DNA from: Bacteroidota bacterium | GTDB lineage: Bacteria; Bacteroidota; Bacteroidia; Chitinophagales; Chitinophagaceae | DNA: 64,000 nucleotides | NCBI GenBank assembly: GCA_004292605.1 | Contig: RDXK01000097.1 | Span: 40,863 to 104,862, forward strand | Reading direction: 5' to 3' | Shown: positions 9,911 to 20,181 of the stretch, one piece after another | Numbering within the stretch: the first letter of the stretch is position 1 | Layout: each line of letters opens with the position of its first letter | The notes under the pieces: model-generated | The model's input: only the letters and a program-made list of their open reading frames with translations | Database searches by the model: none | What the model was told of the DNA's origin: nothing | Program-made: the position numbers and the translations under genes

Positions 9911-9940
9911 TTTGTTACGTTGCAAAACCTAATAAATTTG
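9911..9940 (+). promoter_or_regulatory. Putative Bacteroidota sigma-A promoter for the HU genes
   Basis: TTTG at 9911-9914 and TAAATTTG (matches TAnnTTTG) at 9933-9940, with an 18-nt spacer. Lies about 35 nt upstream of the HU start. Confidence 0.3.
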
Positions 9941-9974
9941 AATCCATCAAAAAAACAAATAAAACCAACCAATT

Positions 9975-10256
9975 ATGAACAAGGCCGATTTAGTAGCCAA
10001 ACTTGCCGATGATGCAGGCATAACCAAGGTACAAGCCAACGCTGTAATAGATTCATTTACAGAAGCCGTACAAAAAACTTTAAAAAAGGGCGATAGCGTA
10101 ACCTTGGTAGGTTTCGGTACGTTCTCTGTAACTAAGCGTGCAGCACGTACTGGTCGCAACCCTAAAACTGGCGAGGCCTTAAAAATTAAAGCCAAAAAAG
10201 TAGCCAAGTTTAAGCCAGGTGCAGCTTTATCTAGCGTAGTAAACGGTGGTAAATAA
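9975..10256 (+). CDS. hup: HU family DNA-binding protein (copy 1)
   Basis: MNKADLVAKLA...[28 protein letters not shown], canonical HU/IHF arm. Confidence 0.9.
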   Translation: MNKADLVAKLADDAGITKVQANAVIDSFTEAVQKTLKKGDSVTLVGFGTFSVTKRAARTGRNPKTGEALKIKAKKVAKFKPGAALSSVVNGGK

Positions 10257-10286
10257 TAGTAAATAAACCTTCAAAAAATAAAACAT

Positions 10287-10556
10287 ATGAACAAGGGCGA
10301 TTTAGTAAGCAAGTTGGCTGAAGATGCTGGTATAACTAAAGTACAAGCCAATGCAGCTTTAGATTCATTTACCGAAGCGGTAGCTAAAACCTTAAAAAAA
10401 GGCGATAGTGTAACTTTAGTAGGCTTTGGTACTTTTTCTGTATCAAAACGTGCAGCACGTACTGGCCGCAACCCAAAAACTGGTGAAGCTTTAAAAATTA
10501 AAGCGAAAAAAGTAGCCAAGTTTAAAGCTGGTAAAGGCTTGAGCGAAAAAATATAA
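10287..10556 (+). CDS. hup: HU family DNA-binding protein (copy 2)
   Basis: 72 of the first 80 residues are identical to copy 1. The C-terminal tail differs. Confidence 0.9.
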   Translation: MNKGDLVSKLAEDAGITKVQANAALDSFTEAVAKTLKKGDSVTLVGFGTFSVSKRAARTGRNPKTGEALKIKAKKVAKFKAGKGLSEKI

Positions 10557-10616
10557 TGGCTATAGCCAGCACTATTTTATAGAGGGCTATCGCTAAAAAT
10601 AAATGTTACATTAATC

Positions 10617-10670
10617 AGGAGCAATGCTTACACTGCAAGGTGTTATCAAGCGTTGCTCTTTTTGTTTTGT
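10617..10670 (+). terminator. Rho-independent terminator after the HU pair
   Basis: GAGCAATGCTT / AAGCGTTGCTC stem (11 bp, one G-U), 18-nt loop, followed by TTTTTGTTTTG. Confidence 0.6.
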
Positions 10671-10732
10671 ACTAGCTAGGTTTGTTACCTAGCAAAAAAA
10701 ACTGCATTTTTGCAGTCTTAAATTTTTTTACA

Positions 10733-10843
10733 ATGGGAAGAGGCGATAAAAAAACAGCCAAGGGTAAGCGTTTCAAAGGTTCTTTTGGTAAAGTGCGTTT
10801 AGCACGTAAAGCCAAAAAAGCACCTGCTGAAAAAGCAGCCTAA
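10733..10843 (+). CDS. 30S ribosomal protein THX (bTHX)
   Basis: 36-codon ORF absent from the supplied track: MGRGDKKTAKGKRFKGSFGKVRLARKAKKAPAEKAA. The MG(K/R)GDxKTxxGK..(N/K)GS(F/Y)GK start is the signature of Bacteroidota THX. Confidence 0.75.
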   Translation: MGRGDKKTAKGKRFKGSFGKVRLARKAKKAPAEKAA

Positions 10844-10948
10844 TTCATAAGCAGTTTAGCTAACTGCTAGGCAGTTGGCTAAATTTGCATAGGTACCCGT
10901 TTGGTAAACTGCCAATATCTTTTATCTTTAACGCATAAACTACCTGTT

Positions 10949-11200
10949 ATGCGTACTGCCATAAATTATTTATACAACATCTTCATCTTGGTAGCTATAG
11001 CCTACCACGTGTGGACCTGCTATTTAGTATTTAAAGTAGAGGGGTTGGTACCAGCCTTGCTATCGGGCATTATTCCATTAGCAGCCGAAATTTATTGGAT
11101 ATACAATTGGTGGGGTTTAGAAAACTACCAAACCTATATCAATTGTGGTATTGGCGTAGCCGTAGCGGGCATCATATTTACGGTGCTTGGTCGCGACTAA
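10949..11200 (+). CDS. Small integral membrane protein (hypothetical)
   Basis: ORF 10901..11200 trimmed to the ATG at 10949. Three predicted hydrophobic helices. No recognisable family. Confidence 0.35.
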   Translation: MRTAINYLYNIFILVAIAYHVWTCYLVFKVEGLVPALLSGIIPLAAEIYWIYNWWGLENYQTYINCGIGVAVAGIIFTVLGRD

Positions 11201-11244
11201 TTTTCCTTGAGTTTTATCTTTTCCATTTACTTATACACTCATAC

Positions 11245-12762
11245 ATGCTTAAAAAAATTTTAGTGTGCGGTACCGTTCTTTCCTTTACGGCCGTATATGT
11301 TCCTGCTTTTGCACAGTCGAAAGCTGCTCAAAAAATTGCCAAACAAATTACTCCAGAAAGCCTGAAAGATAAGCTGAGCATTATAGCCGGTGCCGAAATG
11401 GAGGGTAGAGAAACAGCTACACCCGGGCAGGAAAAAGCAGCAGCTTATATAGCCTCCAAATTTCAACAGGCAGGTTTAGAAGCCCCCGTGAATAACGGAT
11501 ATTTGCAGTATTGGCCCGTTTACCAAGACGAGTTAGTGAGCTCCCAGTTGACCGTTTACAACCATAGCTTTGAAAAAAATGTACACTATGCCCTACCCCA
11601 ACTCAACAATATTTTTACCGGAACACAGCAAATAAATAGTGTAGTTTTTATAGGGTTTATGGACGATTCGCTTACCCAAAACGTAAGCGACAAATGGGTA
11701 ATAGTAGCGGACGGCCTACGTGCCAGAGCTGGCCAAAATGCCCAAACCTTGGAGTACCGTTCGCCAGCACCATTTTACGAAAAATTGCGGGCCAAAGGTG
11801 CCAAAGGAGTATTGGTAGTACAGCGTGGTTTTCCGTACAAAACGGCACCCGCCACTAAGGGCAATATGTATGTAGAAAAGCGTGCTAACACTACGCCGTT
11901 TATTGTGGCCACAATTAGTGAAACCCTGTTTTCTTCCATCATAAGTAACCAATCGGTAAGTAATTTTGCCAATATTGCTAGCTTACCGCAACAAGAATAT
12001 GCTACCAAAATTTCCTTAGCGGCAGATAAAGCTTCCAATAAACTTACCAGCAGCAATGTACTAGGTGTAGTAACCGGTAAAAGCAAACCCAACGAATACG
12101 TGATTCTCACCGCCCACTACGATCATTTGGGAAAACGCGGTAACGATATTTACTATGGTGCTGATGATGATGGTTCTGGTACCGCTGCCGTGGTGGAACT
12201 GGCCGAAGCCTTTGCCAAAGCAAAGAAAAAAGGCGATGGACCAGAGCGTAGTGTAGTATTTATGGCAGTAAGTGGCGAAGAAAAAGGGCTTTGGGGAAGC
12301 AAATTTTACAGCGACAACCCCGTGTTTCCGCTTGATAAAACTTCTGCCGACTTAAACATCGATATGATAGGAAGAATAGACCCATCGTACAAAGGCGACT
12401 CGCTTAACTACGTATTTGCCATTGGCGAAGATAAAATAAGCAGCGATTTACAAGGCATTACCGATAGTGTAAATAAAGTGTTTTTAAACATGGAGGTAGA
12501 TAGGCGATACAACGACCCTAACGACAAAAACAGGTTCTATTTTAGAAGCGATCATTACAATTTTGCCCGCAAAGGCGTACCCGTAATTTTTTATTTTAAC
12601 GGTGTACATGCCGATTACCACCGACAAACCGATACAGTGGAGAAAATAAACTTTCCATTGATGGCCAAAAGGGCTCAGTTAGTGTTTCTTACCGCATGGG
12701 AAATGGCCAACCGCCCCAACATGCTGGTACGAGATAAACCTATACCTACCGCCACCCGATAA
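11245..12762 (+). CDS. M28 family metallopeptidase (secreted aminopeptidase-like)
   Basis: ORF trimmed to the ATG at 11245, giving the signal peptide MLKKILVCGTVLSFTAVYVPAFAQ. Has HYDHLG, DDDGSG and GEEKGLWGS zinc-ligand motifs. Confidence 0.8.
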   Translation: MLKKILVCGTVLSFTAVYVPAFAQSKAAQKIAKQITPESLKDKLSIIAGAEMEGRETATPGQEKAAAYIASKFQQAGLEAPVNNGYLQYWPVYQDELVSSQLTVYNHSFEKNVHYALPQLNNIFTGTQQINSVVFIGFMDDSLTQNVSDKWVIVADGLRARAGQNAQTLEYRSPAPFYEKLRAKGAKGVLVVQRGFPYKTAPATKGNMYVEKRANTTPFIVATISETLFSSIISNQSVSNFANIASLPQQEYATKISLAADKASNKLTSSNVLGVVTGKSKPNEYVILTAHYDHLGKRGNDIYYGADDDGSGTAAVVELAEAFAKAKKKGDGPERSVVFMAVSGEEKGLWGSKFYSDNPVFPLDKTSADLNIDMIGRIDPSYKGDSLNYVFAIGEDKISSDLQGITDSVNKVFLNMEVDRRYNDPNDKNRFYFRSDHYNFARKGVPVIFYFNGVHADYHRQTDTVEKINFPLMAKRAQLVFLTAWEMANRPNMLVRDKPIPTATR

Positions 12763-12896
12763 TTTTTTTTACCCGCCATTAAACTTTGTAGAAAACCATT
12801 CGTCCTACAGAGGCATACAATGGTAAAAAGGGGTGTTACCATACTCGCAGTCATTTCTATGGCTGCGTTTTTTTTTATAGCTTGCTCCAAAAAAAT

Positions 12897-13910
12897 ATGC
12901 GTAAATATTGGCCCATTGGCATTGTACTAATAGTAGTAGTAGTTTATTTGTTAGGGCCTAAACCCGCCCCACCTACTTATAGCATTTACCCTAATATTTA
13001 TAAGGGTTTACAAGCATCGCAAGTAGCCATAGCTACCACTGCGGCCGAGGCAGCGGTACCCAGCATAAAACCCGGTAACCAAGCCAGGGTAATTTGGGCA
13101 AACGATACCGTACGCCAAAAAACCAAATATAGCATACTCTACTTGCCAGGCTTTACCGCCACTGGGGAGGAAGGTGCTCCTATACACACCAATATTGCCA
13201 AAAAATTTGGCTGCAACTTATACATTGCTCGGTTGGCACAGCATGGCCTACAATCGGAAGATGCCTTTGAAACACTTACTGCGGAAACCTATTGGAAATC
13301 GGCCTTAGAAGCCCTGTATGCTGCAGAACAATTGGGCGATAGCGTGCTGATTATGAGTACATCTACCGGTGGTACACTTAGTTTGCTGCTGTGTGCTAAC
13401 AACGCCATCAACAGTAAAATTGCTGGCAACATAATGATGAGCCCTAACATTGAAATTTTTGATAGCAAAGCCACTATTTTAAACAACCCTTGGGGCCTGC
13501 AAATAGCCAGAATTATTAAAGGCGGCAATTACATAGAATCTACCGACCAGCGAGATATATTTAAAAAACACTGGTACAGCAAGTTTAGGCTGGAAGGTGC
13601 TATAGCCGTACAGGAACTGATAGAAACCGGCATGAACGAGAAGAATTTTGCCCAAATTACCCAACCACAACTGCTACTTTATTACTTTAAAAATGAGCAA
13701 CAGCAGGATAATGTGGTAAGTGTACCCGCCATGCAAAAAATGTTTATTGCACTAGCTACGCCTAGTAATGCCAAGGTAGAAAAAGCCGTACCCGATGCTG
13801 GCGACCATGTAATAGGAAGCTATATTAAAAGCAAAGATTTACTAACTGTTCAAACAAGTATTGAGCAGTTTATGATGCAAAAAAAGTATTTAATACCCCT
13901 AGCACAATAG
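12897..13910 (+). CDS. Alpha/beta hydrolase (membrane-anchored or secreted)
   Basis: ATG at 12897 gives an N-terminal TM helix (MRKYWPIGIVLIVVVVYLL). Has a nucleophile-elbow-like IMSTSTGG and a late GDH motif. Confidence 0.55.
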   Translation: MRKYWPIGIVLIVVVVYLLGPKPAPPTYSIYPNIYKGLQASQVAIATTAAEAAVPSIKPGNQARVIWANDTVRQKTKYSILYLPGFTATGEEGAPIHTNIAKKFGCNLYIARLAQHGLQSEDAFETLTAETYWKSALEALYAAEQLGDSVLIMSTSTGGTLSLLLCANNAINSKIAGNIMMSPNIEIFDSKATILNNPWGLQIARIIKGGNYIESTDQRDIFKKHWYSKFRLEGAIAVQELIETGMNEKNFAQITQPQLLLYYFKNEQQQDNVVSVPAMQKMFIALATPSNAKVEKAVPDAGDHVIGSYIKSKDLLTVQTSIEQFMMQKKYLIPLAQ

Positions 13911-16004
<2,094 letters not shown>

Positions 16005-16089
16005 AGTGGCTTTCTGTAATTGTTAAAATTGCTTGGGCGTGATGGTGGATATGTTTTTTGTATATATCTTCAAGAAAAACATTCAAATT

Positions 16090-16746
16090 ATGAAACAAGT
16101 ATTCACCACACTTGCGCTAGCTACCATTTTAGTAGCTTGCAGCACCACCAACAACGTTTCTAACACAAACGAACACCTCAGAAAATTTAATCGCTTCTCG
16201 GAGCTGAGCTCTAAGTACAAACAAGTAGATACCGACATTTTAACTAGTAAAAAGTTAATGCACTACATTGATAATGGGTATGCCATTATTGGGCAAAGTG
16301 CTGTGGTAGCCAACGAAGCAAGTTTAACCGAACCACCATTAGTGGGTAAAAAAGTACAGGCAAGTTTAGTACTGTTAGCGTACGCTCCCATTGAAAAGGA
16401 GGAGGCTAATAAAGAATTGGTGCCCTACATAAATAACAACCCAGAAAACGAGTTTACGCTTTACAGTATTTTACCTACCGATATGCCTTATAGAAGTTTT
16501 AGCGCTAAAAACGATATAGGTGCAGTAAAAAGCGATAATCCCAATGAATTGTACAAACAGTATGCTGTTTATTTAGTACGCTGGCCAGATGCTGCAGGTT
16601 CCCTTACACGCAGACCAGAGCGTTTGCAGCCGATGAGCACACAATCTACTAGTGCCATCACTAACCAAAATCAGGTTTGGCGTCCAAATACCAATACCAC
16701 GGTGGTACCCACCAGTACGTCGGGTTCAGGTACCAGCAAATTCTAA
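16090..16746 (+). CDS. Lipoprotein, hypothetical
   Basis: ATG at 16090 gives the lipobox MKQVFTTLALATILVACS. The C-terminal tail is low-complexity and Thr/Ser/Asn-rich. Confidence 0.45.
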   Translation: MKQVFTTLALATILVACSTTNNVSNTNEHLRKFNRFSELSSKYKQVDTDILTSKKLMHYIDNGYAIIGQSAVVANEASLTEPPLVGKKVQASLVLLAYAPIEKEEANKELVPYINNNPENEFTLYSILPTDMPYRSFSAKNDIGAVKSDNPNELYKQYAVYLVRWPDAAGSLTRRPERLQPMSTQSTSAITNQNQVWRPNTNTTVVPTSTSGSGTSKF

Positions 16747-16790
16747 GGTTTAATTTGTTTCTCCATTTGTAACCTACCAAGGTTGATAGC

Positions 16791-17528
16791 ATGAAAGCAT
16801 GGCAATATGGTTGGGTGGTGGGTGTAGCTATGCTTTTTTGCTACAACTCACTAGCTCAAGGTGGATACTTAAAGCAACGAATAAAGGCTCAAAAACAGAG
16901 TTACAAAGTGTTGGGGCGTGTGATAGACTCACCGCTGAAAACAATCGATAATAAATCGGTAACCTTAAGCAGCTACCAAGGGAAACTTTTGGTGATTGAT
17001 TTTTGGTTTACTACTTGCGGGCCTTGTTTTCAGCAGTTTCCTTACATGGATACCATAAAGCAGATGTTTGCCGACGAACCCGATTTGCTATTCGTAAATA
17101 TTTGTAGTATTTCCGCGTTCGATGATTGGAAAAAAACTGTGGAGCAAAAAAATATTCAAGGCATTCACCTGTTCGACGATAATACCGAGGTAATCAATCG
17201 CAGGATCATTGGTTCGCCTCGGCCTAGTGGAGAAGGCACTGTTCACGGTCAATTGTATCTATCGGGCTATCCTGGTTTTGCATTCATTGATGCTAATGGT
17301 AAGGTGTTGGGAGCAACTAATATTACTCCACAAACAAGATTGCTATTTGCCTACTATATAGAATGTATGCTGAAGGGCAAGAATATTCAACAGGCACTAG
17401 AGCAATTTTCTGCGGAAGTAAATCGAGCAACCTTGACTGATGAGTTTTTAGCCTTTCTGAAAAAACGATTAGGTGCTACGCCCGACACAGCCTACCAGCT
17501 AGTGGCGCCGTACAAAAAATTACTTTAG
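16791..17528 (+). CDS. TlpA/thioredoxin-like thiol-disulfide oxidoreductase
   Basis: Signal peptide plus FWFTTCGPCFQQFP (CxxC in a thioredoxin-fold context). Confidence 0.65.
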   Translation: MKAWQYGWVVGVAMLFCYNSLAQGGYLKQRIKAQKQSYKVLGRVIDSPLKTIDNKSVTLSSYQGKLLVIDFWFTTCGPCFQQFPYMDTIKQMFADEPDLLFVNICSISAFDDWKKTVEQKNIQGIHLFDDNTEVINRRIIGSPRPSGEGTVHGQLYLSGYPGFAFIDANGKVLGATNITPQTRLLFAYYIECMLKGKNIQQALEQFSAEVNRATLTDEFLAFLKKRLGATPDTAYQLVAPYKKLL

Positions 17529-17586
17529 TAGCTACATCCAAGCCTTTTTTATCGTCCAAAAACTACGAGTTTGCCGCGTCACGTTT

Positions 17587-17606
17587 TTAATCGTAATATT
17601 GCAATA
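17587..17606. promoter_or_regulatory. Palindromic operator-like site 1 (upstream of arsR)
   Basis: TTAATCGTAATATTGCAATA, containing the perfect 12-bp palindrome ATATTGCAATAT. Lies 16 nt before the arsR ATG. Nearly identical to the site at 17963..17982. Confidence 0.5.
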
Positions 17607-17621
17607 TAAGATTCACGAAAC

Positions 17622-17948
17622 ATGGGTGCTACCAATACCGATAATTTTACCGCAAAGCAAAATCAAATAGCCACTATAGCCAAGGCATTGGGTCACCCGG
17701 CAAGGATAGCTATTATAGAATATTTGCTACAAGTAGATACCTGTATTTGTGGCGATATTGTAAACGAACTCCCTTTGGCACAAAGCACCGTATCGCAACA
17801 TTTACGCGAACTAAAAAATGCAGGTTTAATAAAAGGTAATATTGAAGGCAACGCCATTTGCTACTGTGTAGATGAAAAAACCTTTGGCATTTTAAAAACT
17901 TATTTCAGCAGCATCATCACTAAAGTGAACGATAAAAATTGCTGCTAA
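17622..17948 (+). CDS. arsR: ArsR/SmtB family metalloregulator
   Basis: Winged-HTH pattern ...LGHPARIAIIEYL...CICGDIV...LAQSTVSQHLRELKNAGLI, with a CxC metalloid-binding motif at the start of helix 3. Confidence 0.8.
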   Translation: MGATNTDNFTAKQNQIATIAKALGHPARIAIIEYLLQVDTCICGDIVNELPLAQSTVSQHLRELKNAGLIKGNIEGNAICYCVDEKTFGILKTYFSSIITKVNDKNCC

Positions 17949-17962
17949 TTTTTTTACCCTAG

Positions 17963-17982
17963 TTAATCGCAATATTGCAATA
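17963..17982. promoter_or_regulatory. Palindromic operator-like site 2 (upstream of the metallophosphoesterase)
   Basis: TTAATCGCAATATTGCAATA, 19/20 identical to site 1. As at site 1, it is followed by AGATTCA. Confidence 0.5.
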
Positions 17983-18031
17983 AATAATTTTAGATTCATC
18001 CATACACATTTCACCATAAAATATACACAAC

Positions 18032-18805
18032 ATGAAAATTGCCTTGTTTAGCGACATACATGCCAATCTTCCCGCCCTAGAAGCCTTTTTTGCCGATGTA
18101 GATGCCAGAAACCCCGACGCCATTTACTGTTTAGGCGATTTAGTAGGCTACAACATTTGGCCAAATGAAGTGGTAGATGAAATTAGAAAACGAAAAATAC
18201 CTACCATAGCAGGCAATTACGACTTTGGTATCGGTCGTATGAGTAACGAGTGTGGCTGTGCCTACAAAACCGATGCAGAAAAAAATAACGGAAACGTTTC
18301 TATATCGTTCACCAACGAACTGATATTACCTGATCAACGAGCCTATCTACGCACCTTACCTGCTCATTTGAAAGTAGAATTTCAACTAAATGATGATAAA
18401 CTGAACCTACTGCTAGTACACGGCAGCCCCAGAAAAATAAACGAATACTTATTTGAAGATAGGGAAGAAAAAAGCATGCTACGCCTACTAGAAAAAGCCG
18501 ATACCGATATACTTTGCTTTGGCCACACACACAAACCTTATCACCGTATACTTTCCACTACTACCGAGAACACTACACGCTACCGGCACGCCATTAACAC
18601 CGGTTCTGTAGGTAAACCAAAAGATAATGATACCCGTGGCTGTTATGTATTGCTTACGATACCAGAAAATGCTTCGGTACTAGAAAAAGATAGCATTACC
18701 GTGGAATTTATTCGCTTTACCTACGATGTAGAAAAAGCAGCCCAAGCGGTAGAAAATAGCATACTACCCAACGAATACGCCGAAAACCTCCGCCGAGGAT
18801 ATTAA
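18032..18805 (+). CDS. Metallophosphoesterase (YfcE/MJ0936-like)
   Basis: Has the DIHAN, GDLVGY, GNYD, GH(T)H and GS.G motifs of the calcineurin-like phosphoesterase fold, plus an inserted ECGCAY cysteine pair. Confidence 0.8.
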   Translation: MKIALFSDIHANLPALEAFFADVDARNPDAIYCLGDLVGYNIWPNEVVDEIRKRKIPTIAGNYDFGIGRMSNECGCAYKTDAEKNNGNVSISFTNELILPDQRAYLRTLPAHLKVEFQLNDDKLNLLLVHGSPRKINEYLFEDREEKSMLRLLEKADTDILCFGHTHKPYHRILSTTTENTTRYRHAINTGSVGKPKDNDTRGCYVLLTIPENASVLEKDSITVEFIRFTYDVEKAAQAVENSILPNEYAENLRRGY

Positions 18806-18829
18806 TAGAAAAGCCAACATTTAATTACC

Positions 18830-19864
18830 ATGCAACCAAAATTGAAATTTTTAGATAGATACTTAACGCTGTGGATTTTCCTTGCCATGCTATTAGGTGT
18901 AGCACTCGGCTATTTTTTTCCAAGCATTGCTAGCTTTACCAATACCTTGCAAATAGGCACTACCAATGTACCGCTGGCGGTAGGACTGATACTAATGATG
19001 TACCCACCTTTGGCCAAGGTAGATTACTCACTATTGCCCAAGGCCTTTCAAGATAAAAAAGTGTTGTCCGTTTCCCTATTGCTTAACTGGGTGATTGGTC
19101 CGGTATTGATGTTTTTACTTGCCATCCTGATTTTACGAGATAAGCCTGATTATATGGTAGGGCTTATACTCATTGGGCTTGCACGCTGTATAGCCATGGT
19201 GATAGTTTGGAACGATTTAGCCAAAGGTAACCGAGAGTACGCCGCCCTATTGGTGGCATTGAATAGTGTATTTCAATTGTTTTCCTACAGTTTTTACGCA
19301 TGGATTTTTATAAACATATTACCGCAAAAACTAGGTATTGGAAACTTTACTATTTCCGTACCCATGCAGGATGTGGCTGAAAGTGTTTTTATTTATTTAG
19401 GTATCCCCTTTTTAGCGGGCTTTATAAGTAGATATGTACTTATAAAATACAAAGGTGTAGAGTGGTTTAATAGAGTATTTGTGCCAAAAATATCGCCCAT
19501 AACCTTGTATGCATTGCTGTTTACCATTGTACTGATGTTTAGTTTAAAGGGCAATAAAATACTAGAACTACCGCTGGATGTGTTGCAAGTAGCCATACCA
19601 TTAATCATCTATTTTGTACTCACATTTTTTATTAGCTTCTTCATCAGTAGGGCCTTACAAGTGCCATACGATAAAAATGCATCTATAGCCTTTACCGCCA
19701 CGGGAAATAACTTTGAATTGGCTATAGCAGTGGCCATAGCTGTATTTGGCTTACATTCTCCACAGGCGTTTGTAGGCGTTATCGGTCCGCTGGTAGAAGT
19801 TCCCGTACTTATATTACTAGTAAGGGTAAGTAGCTGGCTAAAGAAGCGATATTATACCGCATAA
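18830..19864 (+). CDS. acr3: ACR3 family arsenite efflux transporter
   Basis: [27 protein letters not shown] start, about 10 TM helices, 344 aa, in an arsR context. Confidence 0.9.
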   Translation: MQPKLKFLDRYLTLWIFLAMLLGVALGYFFPSIASFTNTLQIGTTNVPLAVGLILMMYPPLAKVDYSLLPKAFQDKKVLSVSLLLNWVIGPVLMFLLAILILRDKPDYMVGLILIGLARCIAMVIVWNDLAKGNREYAALLVALNSVFQLFSYSFYAWIFINILPQKLGIGNFTISVPMQDVAESVFIYLGIPFLAGFISRYVLIKYKGVEWFNRVFVPKISPITLYALLFTIVLMFSLKGNKILELPLDVLQVAIPLIIYFVLTFFISFFISRALQVPYDKNASIAFTATGNNFELAIAVAIAVFGLHSPQAFVGVIGPLVEVPVLILLVRVSSWLKKRYYTA

Positions 19865-20122
19865 CTAATACGCATTTATAGCGTGTCGACGCATCCAATC
19901 AAGGGTACATGGCACGCTATACTTTACGAAGAAACCACACATTTGCTTTGCTGAGTTCATTGCTCTTATTGCCTCTCAGCTATTTTCGAGAATATATTAC
20001 TGTGTATGACAAGTAACAACTTTACTGTGTACTTAGGTAATTCTCGCCACTCATTGTTCCAGCTAATTTTTCTCTAAGCTGTTGTAGATTTCTCAACTAA
20101 TGAAGCCTACCATACTCTGCAT

Positions 20123-20156
20123 AAAAAAAGCCTGCAACTATTGCCGCAGGCTTTTA
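20123..20156. terminator. Bidirectional terminator between convergent acr3 and the lipoprotein gene
   Basis: AAAAAAAGCCTGC-(loop)-GCAGGCTTTT, with A and T tracts on both sides. Confidence 0.6.
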
Positions 20157-20181
20157 TGAAAAAGGATTTTATACGCTACTA

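Noticed and set aside
9947-10519. Two antisense ORFs of 82-86 aa (9947..10207 and 10271..10519) mirroring the HU genes.
   Set aside because: They lie exactly opposite two unmistakable HU coding sequences and resemble each other only because the HU genes do. They have no start context and no recognisable fold. They are shadow ORFs.
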